A DNA stretch of 64,000 nt from the NCBI GenBank assembly GCA_965221775.1, contig CBDCSU010000006.1:384001-448000 (forward strand), written 5' to 3'. Shown here in pieces: positions 37,034-46,274 of the stretch. Position numbers and translations under genes: made by a program. Each line of letters starts with the position of its first letter. Positions within the stretch are counted from its first letter, which is position 1. The DNA comes from Candidatus Latescibacterota bacterium. GTDB taxonomy: Bacteria; Latescibacterota; UBA2968; UBA8231. The notes under the pieces were generated by a model that saw only the letters and a program-made list of their open reading frames with translations, did no database searches and was not told the origin of the DNA.

Positions 37034-38292
37034 AGCGTCCGGCCGAAACGCCGCGCCACTTCGAGGGCGCTGACCACGCCGTCCTCGTGGAAGCCGAAAC
37101 CCCAGTAGGCCCCGCAGTAGTGGATGCGGTCGGTCCCGTCGATCCGCGGCCTGTGCTTCTTCGCCGCCACCGAGGCCGGCGAGCAGACCGGGTGATGGTA
37201 GGTCATGCGCGCCAGGACCCGCTCCGGGGCGATCTCGGCGGTGCGGTTGAGGCTGACGCAGAAGGGCCGCCGGCTCTCCAGGCCCTGGAGCCGGTTCATG
37301 TTGTAGGTGACGGTGGCGGGGCTCCCCTTGTCGGGCGGGATGTGGTAGTTCCAGCTGGCCCAGGCGCGCCGGCGCCGCGGCAGCACCGTGGCGTCGGTGT
37401 GCAGCACCACGTCGTTGGCCTGGTACGGCATCGCCCCCAGGACCTGGCGCTCGGCGGGGGTGGGCTCGGCCAGCAGCCGCAGGGCCTGGTCGCTGTGCAC
37501 GGCGAGGACGACCTCGTCGAAGCGCTCGGCCGCTCCGCCCCGGGTGCGCACTTCCACCCCCTGGCGCAGACGCCGCACCGAGGACACCGGACAGTCGAGG
37601 CGGATGCGCTCCCGGAAGGGGCGGACGAGGGCCTCCACGTAGCGCCGCGAGCCTCCCTCGATCACTCGCCAGGGAGTCCGCCCGCGCAACTGCAGGAAAC
37701 CGTGCCTGGCGAGGAACTGGACGAGGTAGCGCGCCGGGAACTCGTACATGCGGTCGGGCGGCATCGACCACAGGGCCGACCCCAGGGGGACGATGTGGTG
37801 CTCGACGAAGGCCCTGGAATAGGCGTGGTCGTCCAGGTACGCCCCCAGGGTGGTCAGGTCACCGGGATCGCGCAGGAGGTCCGCCGCGGACCGGTTGAAG
37901 CGGTGGATGTCGGCGAGCATGCGATGGAAGGAGGGCCGCAGCAGATTGCGGCGCTGGGCGAAGAGGCGGCCCGGGGGCGTGCTGGCGTATTCCAGGCCGG
38001 TGCGGGCGCACTTGACGCTGAAGCTCATCTCCGTCGGCCGGGACGCCACCCCGAGGCGGCGCAGGAGGCGGCAGAACCACGGGTAGTTGGGCTCGTTGAA
38101 GACGATGAAGCCCGTGTCCACGGAGAACGGACGGCCTTCCTGCTCGACCTCCAGGGTGTGGACGTGGCCGCCGATGTAGTCGTCGGCCTCGAAGAGCGTG
38201 ACATCGTGCTCGGGGTGCAGCAGGTAGGACGCCACCAGGCCGGAGACGCCGCTGCCCACCACCGCGATGCGCCGTCCCCGGGCAGGTTCCAT
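37030..38292 (-). CDS. FAD-dependent oxidoreductase (UfaD-like fatty acid desaturase/isomerase)
   Basis: VVGSGVSGL, GGHVHT, VDTGFIVFN..NYP, AWASWNY, YNMNRLQ, GAYWGFGFHEDG. Confidence 0.9.
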   Translation of the reverse strand: MEPARGRRIAVVGSGVSGLVASYLLHPEHDVTLFEADDYIGGHVHTLEVEQEGRPFSVDTGFIVFNEPNYPWFCRLLRRLGVASRPTEMSFSVKCARTGLEYASTPPGRLFAQRRNLLRPSFHRMLADIHRFNRSAADLLRDPGDLTTLGAYLDDHAYSRAFVEHHIVPLGSALWSMPPDRMYEFPARYLVQFLARHGFLQLRGRTPWRVIEGGSRRYVEALVRPFRERIRLDCPVSSVRRLRQGVEVRTRGGAAERFDEVVLAVHSDQALRLLAEPTPAERQVLGAMPYQANDVVLHTDATVLPRRRRAWASWNYHIPPDKGSPATVTYNMNRLQGLESRRPFCVSLNRTAEIAPERVLARMTYHHPVCSPASVAAKKHRPRIDGTDRIHYCGAYWGFGFHEDGVVSALEVARRFGRTL

Positions 38293-38307
38293 CGTCGGCC
38301 GGCGCTT

Positions 38308-39252
38308 TCAGCCCTCGACCGGCGCGGTCTCCCGGCGCAGCAGGCGCAGGGAGTCGCGCAGGTCGTCCAGGGTGGCCGGGGTGAGAGCGCCGGCGCGCTC
38401 GAGAAAGGGCGCGTACTGCGGGGCGGCCCGGCCGCCGGCCAGCAGGGCGACCTCGTCGCCGAGCAGACCGCGCAGCCGGACGAGCTCGGCGCCGAGATGG
38501 GGGTCGTCGCCCGGATAGACGATGCTGAGGAGGACGGCCCGGGCCCCCGTGGCGGCCGCGGCGCCGGCGATCTCCTCGGCCGGCAGATCGGGTCCCAGGT
38601 AGGTCGAGTTCCACCCCTCGGAGGTGGCCGCGAGGGAGGCGATCAGGGCCCCCAGCTCGTGCATCTGCCCCGCCGGCGTGGTCGCCACGACCCGGGGCGC
38701 CGCCCCGTTTCCGGCCCGGCCCGGGCGCAGGCCGGCGATGAAGCCGCGCACCACCGCCGTGGCCATGTGCTCGGCCGCCACCCGCAGGGCGCCTTCCTGC
38801 CACATCCGGCCGATGCGCTCCATCAGCGGCTGCACCACCTCTTCGAGAAGGGCCCGCTGGCTCAGGGCCACGGAGGCGCGGGCCAAGTGGTCCTGCAGGG
38901 ACTCCGCATCGAGGTCCCGCACGGCGGCCAGGGATCCTTCGAGGAACTCGCCGCCGCGGCCGTCCCCCGCGGTCGGCCCCGGGGCCGACGGTGCGGCCTC
39001 CCGCCCGGCGCCGGCCAGCTTCACCAGCTGGTCCGTGGGCAGGCGGGCGATGCGGCCGATGCTCTGGCCGGCCTGCACCGCCCGCTGCAACCACTGCAGG
39101 CGGGCGATGTCGTCGTCCGAATAGAGCCGTCGGTTGGTCTCGGTCCGGGCCGGCGCCACGGCCCCGTAGCGCTTCTCCCAGACACGGATCACGTGGGCCG
39201 ACAGCCCGGTCCGCCGAACGGCCACCTTGATGGGGTGTCCCGGGGGTTCCAT
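38308..39252 (-). CDS. MerR-family regulator with cobalamin-binding domain (CarH/LitR-like photoreceptor)
   Basis: MerR HTH IRVWEKRY..P.RT...RRLY; W-x9-EH (WQEGALRVAAEH); GQMHELG; YLGPDLP; LAGG. Confidence 0.9.
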   Translation of the reverse strand: MEPPGHPIKVAVRRTGLSAHVIRVWEKRYGAVAPARTETNRRLYSDDDIARLQWLQRAVQAGQSIGRIARLPTDQLVKLAGAGREAAPSAPGPTAGDGRGGEFLEGSLAAVRDLDAESLQDHLARASVALSQRALLEEVVQPLMERIGRMWQEGALRVAAEHMATAVVRGFIAGLRPGRAGNGAAPRVVATTPAGQMHELGALIASLAATSEGWNSTYLGPDLPAEEIAGAAAATGARAVLLSIVYPGDDPHLGAELVRLRGLLGDEVALLAGGRAAPQYAPFLERAGALTPATLDDLRDSLRLLRRETAPVEG

Positions 39253-39269
39253 GCCCGGAATATGGCGAC

Positions 39270-39312
39270 TGTCTATGATTTGTCAACATTATAAGTCGAC
39301 ATGCCATAGACA
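39270..39312. promoter_or_regulatory. CarH/LitR-type operator overlapping the regulator's promoter
   Basis: TGTCTA-n5-TGTCAA-n9-TCGACA-n5-TAGACA: two pairs of TnGACA at 11-bp period in dyad symmetry; minus-strand TTGACA (-35) with CATATT (-10) 6 nt before the ATG. Confidence 0.7.
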
Positions 39313-39431
39313 AATCAGAGTCCCGAGCAGGGCGCAGACGTGAGCGCGGATGCGAGTGCGGGCGCTGTTCCTCGAGCCTGCGCAGGATGCCGGGCCGCCT
39401 TCGCCCGGCCTGGTGTGCCAGCTCCTCCCTG

Positions 39432-41651
39432 TCACGGGTCTCCCGTTCGAGGCAGCCGGCCGGCCAGGAGGTACCGGTAGAGCTCGAGGGCCAGCCCCTC
39501 GTCGTCCCTCTCCAGCCGGCCCAGGGCTTCCGGCGTCAGCGCCGCCGTCCGGCAGGGTCCGTCGGCCACCACGGAGGCCGGTCTTCCCTTCCCCCCGTCG
39601 GCCGGCCAGATCGCATCGCCGGGGCCCAGCTGGTGGAGGCGGGCGCCCGTGGAATCGCCGGCGGAGGCGCGGCCGGACAGCAGCAGTTGCAGCCCGGCCT
39701 GCGGCGCATCCGGCCCCGACATCGCTTCGCCTGCGGAGTACCGGCGAGGACCGAGCCACGGCTGCAGATCCGCCACCAGGCTCTCGAAGTCGATCTGCCG
39801 GTCGAGGTAGCTCTCGAGGTCGGCGGCGGTCTCCTCCAGCAGTGAGGAGCGCCGCTCGCCCTCCCCGTCGTCCGCCGTCCAGGCCTCGATGATGATCTCC
39901 TCGCAGCGCTCGAGGGCCCGGTCCGCGTCCGGCTCCAGCCGCAACCGGGCGTACTCGGCAGGCGGCAGGTTTCGCTCGAGACCGTCCCTCAGACCCTCCG
40001 GCACGGAGCCCAGGACCACCCGCACCCCGGCGGCGTTCGCCGTCTGCAAAAACCGCGAGATGACGCTCACCGCCGAGAAGTCGAAGCCGGAGACGGCGCC
40101 GAAGTCGAGCATCAGGCAGGCCGGAGGCGAAGAGCCGCGCAGCGACTGCCGGAGATGCCCGGCCAGGGGAGAGACGCTGCCGAAGAACAGGTAGCCGCGC
40201 AGGCGGTAGGCGTGGACCCGCCCCCCCTCCTCCCGGAGGATGGCTCGGTCGGGTACGGAGCGGGCCCGGTTGCTTTGCCGGTCCCGGGCGCTGAAGCGCT
40301 CCTGGATCGGGTCGACGCGGCTGAGGCGCACGGCGAAGAACACGAGGGTGGCGAGGATCCCGACGCCCACGCCTGGGATCAGCCCGAAGGAGGTGATGGT
40401 GACGAAGATCAGGAGGATGATGCCGTACTCCGGCCAGGGGAGCCGCCGCAGGCTCTTCAGGAGGCCCTCGTCGAGCATGCCGAGGCCGGCGAAGACCAGG
40501 ATGCCGCCCACGAGCGGAGCCGGCACGAGTTCCAGCATGCCGTCGCCCAGGACCACGCCGCTGCCGATGACGAGGGCGGCGACCACGCCGGTGAGGCGCG
40601 TGGTGGCTCCGAAGAGCTTGCTGCGCAGGGACGCCGGCACCACCAGGGTCGCCACCGTGCCGCCGCCCAGACCGGCGGCCAGGCTCGCCGCCCCCGTGAC
40701 CTTGAACTCCCGGTCCCAGTCCAGCTCCTGGTTCGCCGCCAGCTCGAGGCCGGCGAGATTCATGACGACGCAGATGAAGGCGACGGCGGCCAGCGTCAGC
40801 ATGTGGGGGTACAGGGCGCCCATGGCGGTCCACTCCACCCGGGCCAGGTCGGCGGGACCCACCGACGGCCACAGGTTCCCCTCCGTCGTGCTCGTCAGCA
40901 GCAGACCCGAGGCCCGGGCCTCGGCGGCCGGGATGCCGAGCTGGGCCAGGGCGAGGTGGCAGGCCCCCACGGCGAGGACGACGCTCACGGGCAGGATCAG
41001 CGGGTTGCCCCAGCATCTGATCGCCAGGTAGAGGCCGATCCCGTACGCCGCGCCCGAGCCCCACTTCCACAGCACCGAGGGCTCCAGGAGGGCGGGAATC
41101 GTCCGCCAGCCGGGTTCCGCGCCCATGAGCGACAGGGCCGCCAGGCACACGGCGGCCCCGATGCCGGAGACGAACCCGGCCGCCACCGGATAGGGGATGA
41201 AGCGCAGCAGGTTGGCCAGCCGGAAGCGGCCGATCATCAGACAGCCCAGGCCGGTGGCCACGGCGCTGATCATCAGGGCCGCCGCCGTGGTGACGAAGAG
41301 CGCCTCGCCCTCGGCCTCCATGGTGAATCCGATGGCGGCCATGACGATCACCAGCGCCGGGGAGAGCCCCGCGATCGCCCCGCGGAAGCCGCCCGCCAGA
41401 GCGAAGACCAGGCACGCCGCGAAGTTCCCGAACAGGATCAGCCCGATGCCTTGGGAGGAGTAGGGGGCCAGCGGCCCCGAGAAGATGAGGCTCCCGAAGG
41501 CGATCTGGGAGACCAGCAGGCCGAGACCCGAGGTGAGTCCGGCCGACACCGCCGGGAGGACCTTCGCGGAGGGGATCCCGGCGCCGAGGCGGGAGGTGAG
41601 ATCCCGCAGATTTGGGGTTCGAATGCCTGTCATGCTGTGCAGCTGCGGCAT
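39432..41651 (-). CDS. SulP-family anion transporter with STAS and cyclic-nucleotide-binding domains
   Basis: LIFSGPL, LRFIPYPVAAGF, YRLRGYLFFGS, DFGAVSGFDFSA, DRALERCEE, RPASVVA; start uncertain (41633-41708). Confidence 0.88.
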   Translation of the reverse strand: MPQLHSMTGIRTPNLRDLTSRLGAGIPSAKVLPAVSAGLTSGLGLLVSQIAFGSLIFSGPLAPYSSQGIGLILFGNFAACLVFALAGGFRGAIAGLSPALVIVMAAIGFTMEAEGEALFVTTAAALMISAVATGLGCLMIGRFRLANLLRFIPYPVAAGFVSGIGAAVCLAALSLMGAEPGWRTIPALLEPSVLWKWGSGAAYGIGLYLAIRCWGNPLILPVSVVLAVGACHLALAQLGIPAAEARASGLLLTSTTEGNLWPSVGPADLARVEWTAMGALYPHMLTLAAVAFICVVMNLAGLELAANQELDWDREFKVTGAASLAAGLGGGTVATLVVPASLRSKLFGATTRLTGVVAALVIGSGVVLGDGMLELVPAPLVGGILVFAGLGMLDEGLLKSLRRLPWPEYGIILLIFVTITSFGLIPGVGVGILATLVFFAVRLSRVDPIQERFSARDRQSNRARSVPDRAILREEGGRVHAYRLRGYLFFGSVSPLAGHLRQSLRGSSPPACLMLDFGAVSGFDFSAVSVISRFLQTANAAGVRVVLGSVPEGLRDGLERNLPPAEYARLRLEPDADRALERCEEIIIEAWTADDGEGERRSSLLEETAADLESYLDRQIDFESLVADLQPWLGPRRYSAGEAMSGPDAPQAGLQLLLSGRASAGDSTGARLHQLGPGDAIWPADGGKGRPASVVADGPCRTAALTPEALGRLERDDEGLALELYRYLLAGRLPRTGDP

Positions 41652-41730
41652 GCTCGGCGGTGCACCCCGGCCACGGCATCCGGTGGAGAGCCGCCTCAAG
41701 GGCGGCACATGGCGGGGTGGGCGCCGGAGG

Positions 41731-41890
41731 GTCAGCTACTTCTGCGACGCATCCGTGCTCACCCCGGCCCCTCGGCGCGCCGACCCTGATCTTCGGGCCG
41801 GGCGACGAGGGCTGGCGCACCAGGTGGACGAGCACACGACCCTGGGCGCGGTGGCGGACGCGGCGGTTCTACACCGGGCTGGCGCTGGCG
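41731..41890 (+). pseudogene. Frameshifted C-terminal remnant of an M20-family (ArgE/DapE-like) hydrolase
   Basis: Across three frameshifts: VSYFCDASVLTPA/LGAPTLIFGPGDEG/LAHQVDEHTTLGAVADAA/FYTGLALA. Confidence 0.7.
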
Positions 41891-41903
41891 CCCGGGCCGG
41901 CGG

Positions 41904-42956
41904 TCAGCGGCTCTTGAGCTGTCCCCAGGACTCTCCCTCGACCGCGGTAAGGGCCTTCCCGTAGATCCCGGCGCCGACGACGATCTCGCGGCCGCCTCTG
42001 GCGGTAAAGGACTCGGCGTAGCTGATCTTCGGCGAGCCGGTGTCCTCGTCTCCCTCTACGGCCGGATCGTTGTAGTAGTACTCGACGTAGCCGCCCCCGG
42101 CCCTGGCCGCCGCGATGAGGGCTTCCACCATCCGGAACCCGTTGATGTCCTCGGAGTCGAGCACGTTCCGGGCTTCAAGGGTCCGGTCCGCGCCGTGGAA
42201 GATCACGTATCCGTTGGTAGTGAAGATGAACAGGTAGATGGAACCATGCCGCCAGTCTCCTTCTTCCGCCCGGAAGACGTTCAGGATATCCCGGTAGCGC
42301 TCGGCGCCATGCTCCTGCACGGCGGTGACATAGGCCTGAAGCCCCCCGATCACGAAGAGCCGGAGGCTCTCCAGGTCCTTGACGTCGGCGGCCGTCACCT
42401 CCGGACGGGGGATGAGGGAGAGGTCGTATACGGGCGGCGGGACATCCGACAGATCCCGATAGTATCCACCGACGAGGATGACCGTGTTGCCGTAGGCCGA
42501 GCCGGAGAACTGGGTGGCATAGGCGATCTTGGGAGTCTCCTCGTCGCCTTCCTGCGCGGGATCGTCCCAGTAATACTCGACGTGGCCGCCGGTGCCCGAG
42601 GCGGCGATGAGGTCCTGCACGACCGTGTTCCCACGATCGTCTTCGAGGGCAAAGAGGCTCTTGTCCCCCGCATGCTTATCGTCCGAGTGGAACAGGACGA
42701 TCCCTTCGTCGCTCAGGAAAATGACGTAGGTGTTCCCGTGCTTCCAGTCGCCTTCTTCCGCGAGACTGGAGATGAACGGCGTCAGCAGTTCGTTCCCCTC
42801 GTCTATCTCCTCGATGCGCGATTTCACGCCTTCCACGAAGGCCTTCAGCGTCTCCGCGTCGACGACCTCGCTGGCTTTTGTCTGGGCCATGGACGGCTCC
42901 GCGGTGGGCAGGAGGCTGGCCAGCCCCAGAGTCAGTACTGCGATCATGCGTTGCAT
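41904..42956 (-). CDS. Secreted protein with two tandem Cache (sCache_2-like) domains, no output domain
   Basis: Signal peptide; two copies of EGDW(K/R)HG..Y.F...G...FH...GG.VEYY..DPA.EGDE...PKI.YA; C-terminal TAVEGESWGQLKSR. Confidence 0.82.
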   Translation of the reverse strand: MQRMIAVLTLGLASLLPTAEPSMAQTKASEVVDAETLKAFVEGVKSRIEEIDEGNELLTPFISSLAEEGDWKHGNTYVIFLSDEGIVLFHSDDKHAGDKSLFALEDDRGNTVVQDLIAASGTGGHVEYYWDDPAQEGDEETPKIAYATQFSGSAYGNTVILVGGYYRDLSDVPPPVYDLSLIPRPEVTAADVKDLESLRLFVIGGLQAYVTAVQEHGAERYRDILNVFRAEEGDWRHGSIYLFIFTTNGYVIFHGADRTLEARNVLDSEDINGFRMVEALIAAARAGGGYVEYYYNDPAVEGDEDTGSPKISYAESFTARGGREIVVGAGIYGKALTAVEGESWGQLKSR

Positions 42957-43129
42957 TACGATCCCCCTTGTGAGACGGTTTGCATACTTTGAAGATAGCC
43001 CTCCAACTGCAAAGGGGCACCCCTTGTGTGAACTCCATGGGCGCGGCGGCCCGGTTCACCGCCTCCTTGGCCCCGGCCCTGGACTGAGGGACGGCGGCGA
43101 CAGTTCGCCGGGGCCGTACGAGGGTTGGG

Positions 43130-43254
43130 GTTCCGCCTGCGGCTACCCGGGCGTCGTGCGGCTGGCGGACGGTCGGCTGCTGTGCGTGTTCCACACGGAC
43201 TTCGTCGACGGCGACTGCGAGATCCGCGCCGTCCGCCCGCGGGAGGAGGAGTGA
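43130..43254 (+). pseudogene. C-terminal remnant of a sialidase/BNR-type propeller protein
   Basis: SACGYPGVVRLADGRLLCVFHTDFVDGDCEIRAVR; its TGA still overlaps the ATG of the next gene; upstream frame is degraded. Confidence 0.55.
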
Positions 43255-44660
43255 TGCCGCGCGCCATCGATCTGACCGGCTACGGCCTGCCCTACTGGCT
43301 GGACATCGAGCGTCCGCGCTACCCGGCCCTGGACGCCGACACCCGCGCCGACGCGGTGGTCATCGGCGCCGGCATCGCCGGCCTCAAGCTCGCCGACTAC
43401 CTCTCCGAGCAGGGGCTGAGCTGCGTGGTGCTGGAGGCGAAGGGCGTTGGCGAAGGCGCCTCCTCCCGCAACCAGGGCTGCATCGTCACCGGCCTGCCGG
43501 TCTCCTACGCCGACCTCGCCGGCGCCCGTTCCCGCGCCGTGGCCCGCGGCCTCGTCGACCTCTGCCACCACAACCAGGAGCTGCTGGAGCAGCAGATCGA
43601 GCGCCACGGGATCGACTGCGACTACGAGGTCCTCGGCGAGGTCCTGCTGGTGCGGGGCGACGAGGCGGACCACGAGCAGACGCTGGCGGGGCTGCGGCGC
43701 GACGCCGCCATGATGGCGGAGGACGGCTTCGCCGTCGACTGCCCGGACGCGGCGGAGGTGCGCGCCGTCACCGGCAACCCCCTCTTCGCCGGCGGCATCC
43801 GCCACCAGCGCGACGCCCAGTTCCACTCCGGCCGCTTCGTGGTCGGCCTGGGAGCCGCGGTGGCCCGTTCCCCGAGGGTGCGGATCTTCGAGGAGTCGCC
43901 GGTGGAGTCGATCAAGTCGCCGGACGGGGGCGGCGCCCACCGGGTGCGCACGCCGCGCGGCAGCGTGACCGCCGACCACCTGTGCGTGGCCACCAACGCC
44001 CTGGTGCCGCAGCTCCTGCCCGAGCTGACCCCCGCCTTCCGCGCCGAGCGCGGGCAGGTCCTGGTCACCGCGCCCCTGGACGAGCGCCCCTGCCGCGGCT
44101 GCTTCGCCGCCGGCGCCGCGTGGTGGCGCGAGATCCGCGAGGCCGACGGCCGCTACCGCCTGCTCTTCGGCGGCTGCCGCGACCGCGACGAGCCGGACAG
44201 CCTGTTCCCCCAGTACGGGGCCGACGGCCGCCGCAGCGGGCGCATCGCCGGCGCCGGCTTCCGCCCCACGGTGGCCCACCAGCGCCGCATCCACGCGCGC
44301 CTCGGCGAGATCTTCCCCCACCTGGCCGACGCGCCCGTGACCCACCGGTGGGGCGGCCTGCAGTCGTTCACCTTCGACGGCCTGCCCGCCATCGGCCTCT
44401 TCGACCCGGAGCGCCGCGTCCACGGCATGGCCGGGTTCTCGGGGTACGGCAACTCCTACAGCAACGTGGGGGCCGCCCACCTGGCGGCGCGCATCTCGGG
44501 GGCCGGCGATGGCCTGGCACCGCCCTTCGCGGAGAGCCTGAAGCTGCTGATGGCCCCGGCGCGCCCCGGCTCCCGCTGGCCCGGCGGCGAGCCGACCCGG
44601 GCGCGCTGCGACTCCCTCGCCGGCCAGCGCGGGAGCGGGGAGTCGCCGGACCGGCAGTGA
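43254..44660 (+). CDS. FAD-dependent oxidoreductase (DAO/PuuB-like)
   Basis: PYW, VIGAGIAGL, GASSRNQG, VATNA, WGGLQSFTFDGLPAIG, GFSGYG; GGAGG RBS. Confidence 0.88.
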   Translation: MPRAIDLTGYGLPYWLDIERPRYPALDADTRADAVVIGAGIAGLKLADYLSEQGLSCVVLEAKGVGEGASSRNQGCIVTGLPVSYADLAGARSRAVARGLVDLCHHNQELLEQQIERHGIDCDYEVLGEVLLVRGDEADHEQTLAGLRRDAAMMAEDGFAVDCPDAAEVRAVTGNPLFAGGIRHQRDAQFHSGRFVVGLGAAVARSPRVRIFEESPVESIKSPDGGGAHRVRTPRGSVTADHLCVATNALVPQLLPELTPAFRAERGQVLVTAPLDERPCRGCFAAGAAWWREIREADGRYRLLFGGCRDRDEPDSLFPQYGADGRRSGRIAGAGFRPTVAHQRRIHARLGEIFPHLADAPVTHRWGGLQSFTFDGLPAIGLFDPERRVHGMAGFSGYGNSYSNVGAAHLAARISGAGDGLAPPFAESLKLLMAPARPGSRWPGGEPTRARCDSLAGQRGSGESPDRQ

Positions 44661-44707
44661 ACAGCCGCCGGCCAGCGGGAGACCGCCCCCCGACAGGAGC
44701 CTGAAGA

Positions 44708-44825
44708 ATGGCGACGAGTCCGGATTCCGCAGAGTTGCGCGGCGTCGACAGCGGCGCCGTGATCAGGGGCGTGGTGACGCTCCTGTTCACGCCGTTCACC
44801 GACGACGGCAAGCGGTTCGACGCCG
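44708..44825 (+). pseudogene. N-terminal remnant of a dihydrodipicolinate synthase (DapA)-family gene
   Basis: AGGAG RBS, ATG 44708, IRGVVTLLFTPFTDDGKRFD, then similarity ends. Confidence 0.6.
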
Positions 44826-44888
44826 CGATGACCTCGCCGCTTCGGGCCGACTCGTACCCCGCCTGCACGATGGCCAGGCTCCGGCCCT
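44826..44888 (-). pseudogene. C-terminal remnant of a Gfo/Idh/MocA oxidoreductase
   Basis: Minus strand GRSLAIVQAGYESARSGEVI immediately after the sulfatase stop. Confidence 0.5.
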
Positions 44889-46274
44889 TCAGCGGCCGAA
44901 GGGCTTTCTCAACTGCGTCTGCACCAGCCGCTCCAGGGTCCGCAGCCGCAGGGCCGTCTCGATCTCCGCCACCTCGGGCCTGCCGGCGAGATTCCGCCTC
45001 TCCTCCGGGTCCTCCCGCACGTCGAACAGGAGGTAGACCTCCCCCTCCGCGTTGATCGCCGCCTTCCACTCGCGGTCGAGCAGCATGATCTCGCCGTCGA
45101 TCTCGGAGATGGCGAAGTCGCGGTGCGTCGTCCCCGGCTCTTCCAGCACCCCGCACAACGACTGCCCGAACTGGCGGTGCGCCAGCTCGCCGCCGGCCAT
45201 CTCCACGAGGGTCGGGCCGATGTCGATCCACTCCACCGGGCTGTCACAGACGCTCCCCGCGTGGGTGCTGTCAGGGGTCCTCACCAACAGCGGGATGCGC
45301 ACGGCTCCGTCGAGGAAGTTGCTCTTGTAGAGGAGGCCGTGGTCGCCGTTCATCTCGCCGTGGTCGGATGTGTGGACGATGACCGTGTCGTCCAGCTCGC
45401 CTCGCGCCTCGACCGCGTCGAGGATCTCGCCGATCTGGTCGTCGATGAGGGTGACGTTGCCGGCGTAGTCGGCGCGGAGTCTGCCGACCTCGCCCGGCTC
45501 GAAGGCCGGGTTCAACCGCTCCATGAGTCGGTCCAGCTGTCCGCGGGGGCGCTCGCCGGCCGGTGGGCGCGGGATCGCCGGCGGCATCTCCTCCGGGTCG
45601 TACATGCTGGCGTACGGTTCCGGTGTGTCCCACGGCTCATGGGGTCCGCCGAAGCTGACCCAGCAGCACCACGGCTCCGGCCGGTCGTAGCCCTGGAGGT
45701 ACCGCTTCGCCTGCTGTCCCACATAGACGTCGGCGTAGTCCTCCAGCCCCAGGGTCGACGGGCGCACGAGATGCGGTTTGGTGCGGAACCGCTCGCGGTA
45801 GTCGGCGCGGTAGTCATCCCACAGCCCCTTCGCCTCCCATCCGGCCGTCATGTGCGACAGCACCTGGGCGCTGGCCCGGGGACCGCCGATCTCGTCCACG
45901 TCGTCCAGCCCGCAGGCGTGCATCAGGCCCTCGCCCTCGCGCAGGTCGCCCTGGTGCGGGTGGAGGTGGGTCTTGCCGAAGAGGCTGGTACGGTAACCGG
46001 CGCCGCGCACCGCCTGCATCCACGTCGGCGCGTCGGCGGGCATCCGGTGCTGCATGTTGTTCCAGACGCCGGTGTTGTGTGGATACAGGCCCGTGGCCAG
46101 GCTGAGGCGCGTGGGGATGCAGACCGGGGAGGTGGCGACGCAGTTGGTGAAGCGGACCCCTTCCGCGGCGATGCGGTCCAGGTTCGGGGTCCGCACCCAG
46201 CCGCCGCTGCAGCCCATGGCGTCCCAGCGCTGCTGGTCCGTCATCAGAAGCAGGATGTTGGGGGGCTTGGTCAT
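44889..46274 (-). CDS. Sulfatase (Cys-type, choline-sulfatase-like)
   Basis: PNILLLMTDQQR, TPNLDRIA, CIPTR (CxPxR), GKTH, PHEPW, SDHGEM. Confidence 0.92.
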   Translation of the reverse strand: MTKPPNILLLMTDQQRWDAMGCSGGWVRTPNLDRIAAEGVRFTNCVATSPVCIPTRLSLATGLYPHNTGVWNNMQHRMPADAPTWMQAVRGAGYRTSLFGKTHLHPHQGDLREGEGLMHACGLDDVDEIGGPRASAQVLSHMTAGWEAKGLWDDYRADYRERFRTKPHLVRPSTLGLEDYADVYVGQQAKRYLQGYDRPEPWCCWVSFGGPHEPWDTPEPYASMYDPEEMPPAIPRPPAGERPRGQLDRLMERLNPAFEPGEVGRLRADYAGNVTLIDDQIGEILDAVEARGELDDTVIVHTSDHGEMNGDHGLLYKSNFLDGAVRIPLLVRTPDSTHAGSVCDSPVEWIDIGPTLVEMAGGELAHRQFGQSLCGVLEEPGTTHRDFAISEIDGEIMLLDREWKAAINAEGEVYLLFDVREDPEERRNLAGRPEVAEIETALRLRTLERLVQTQLRKPFGR

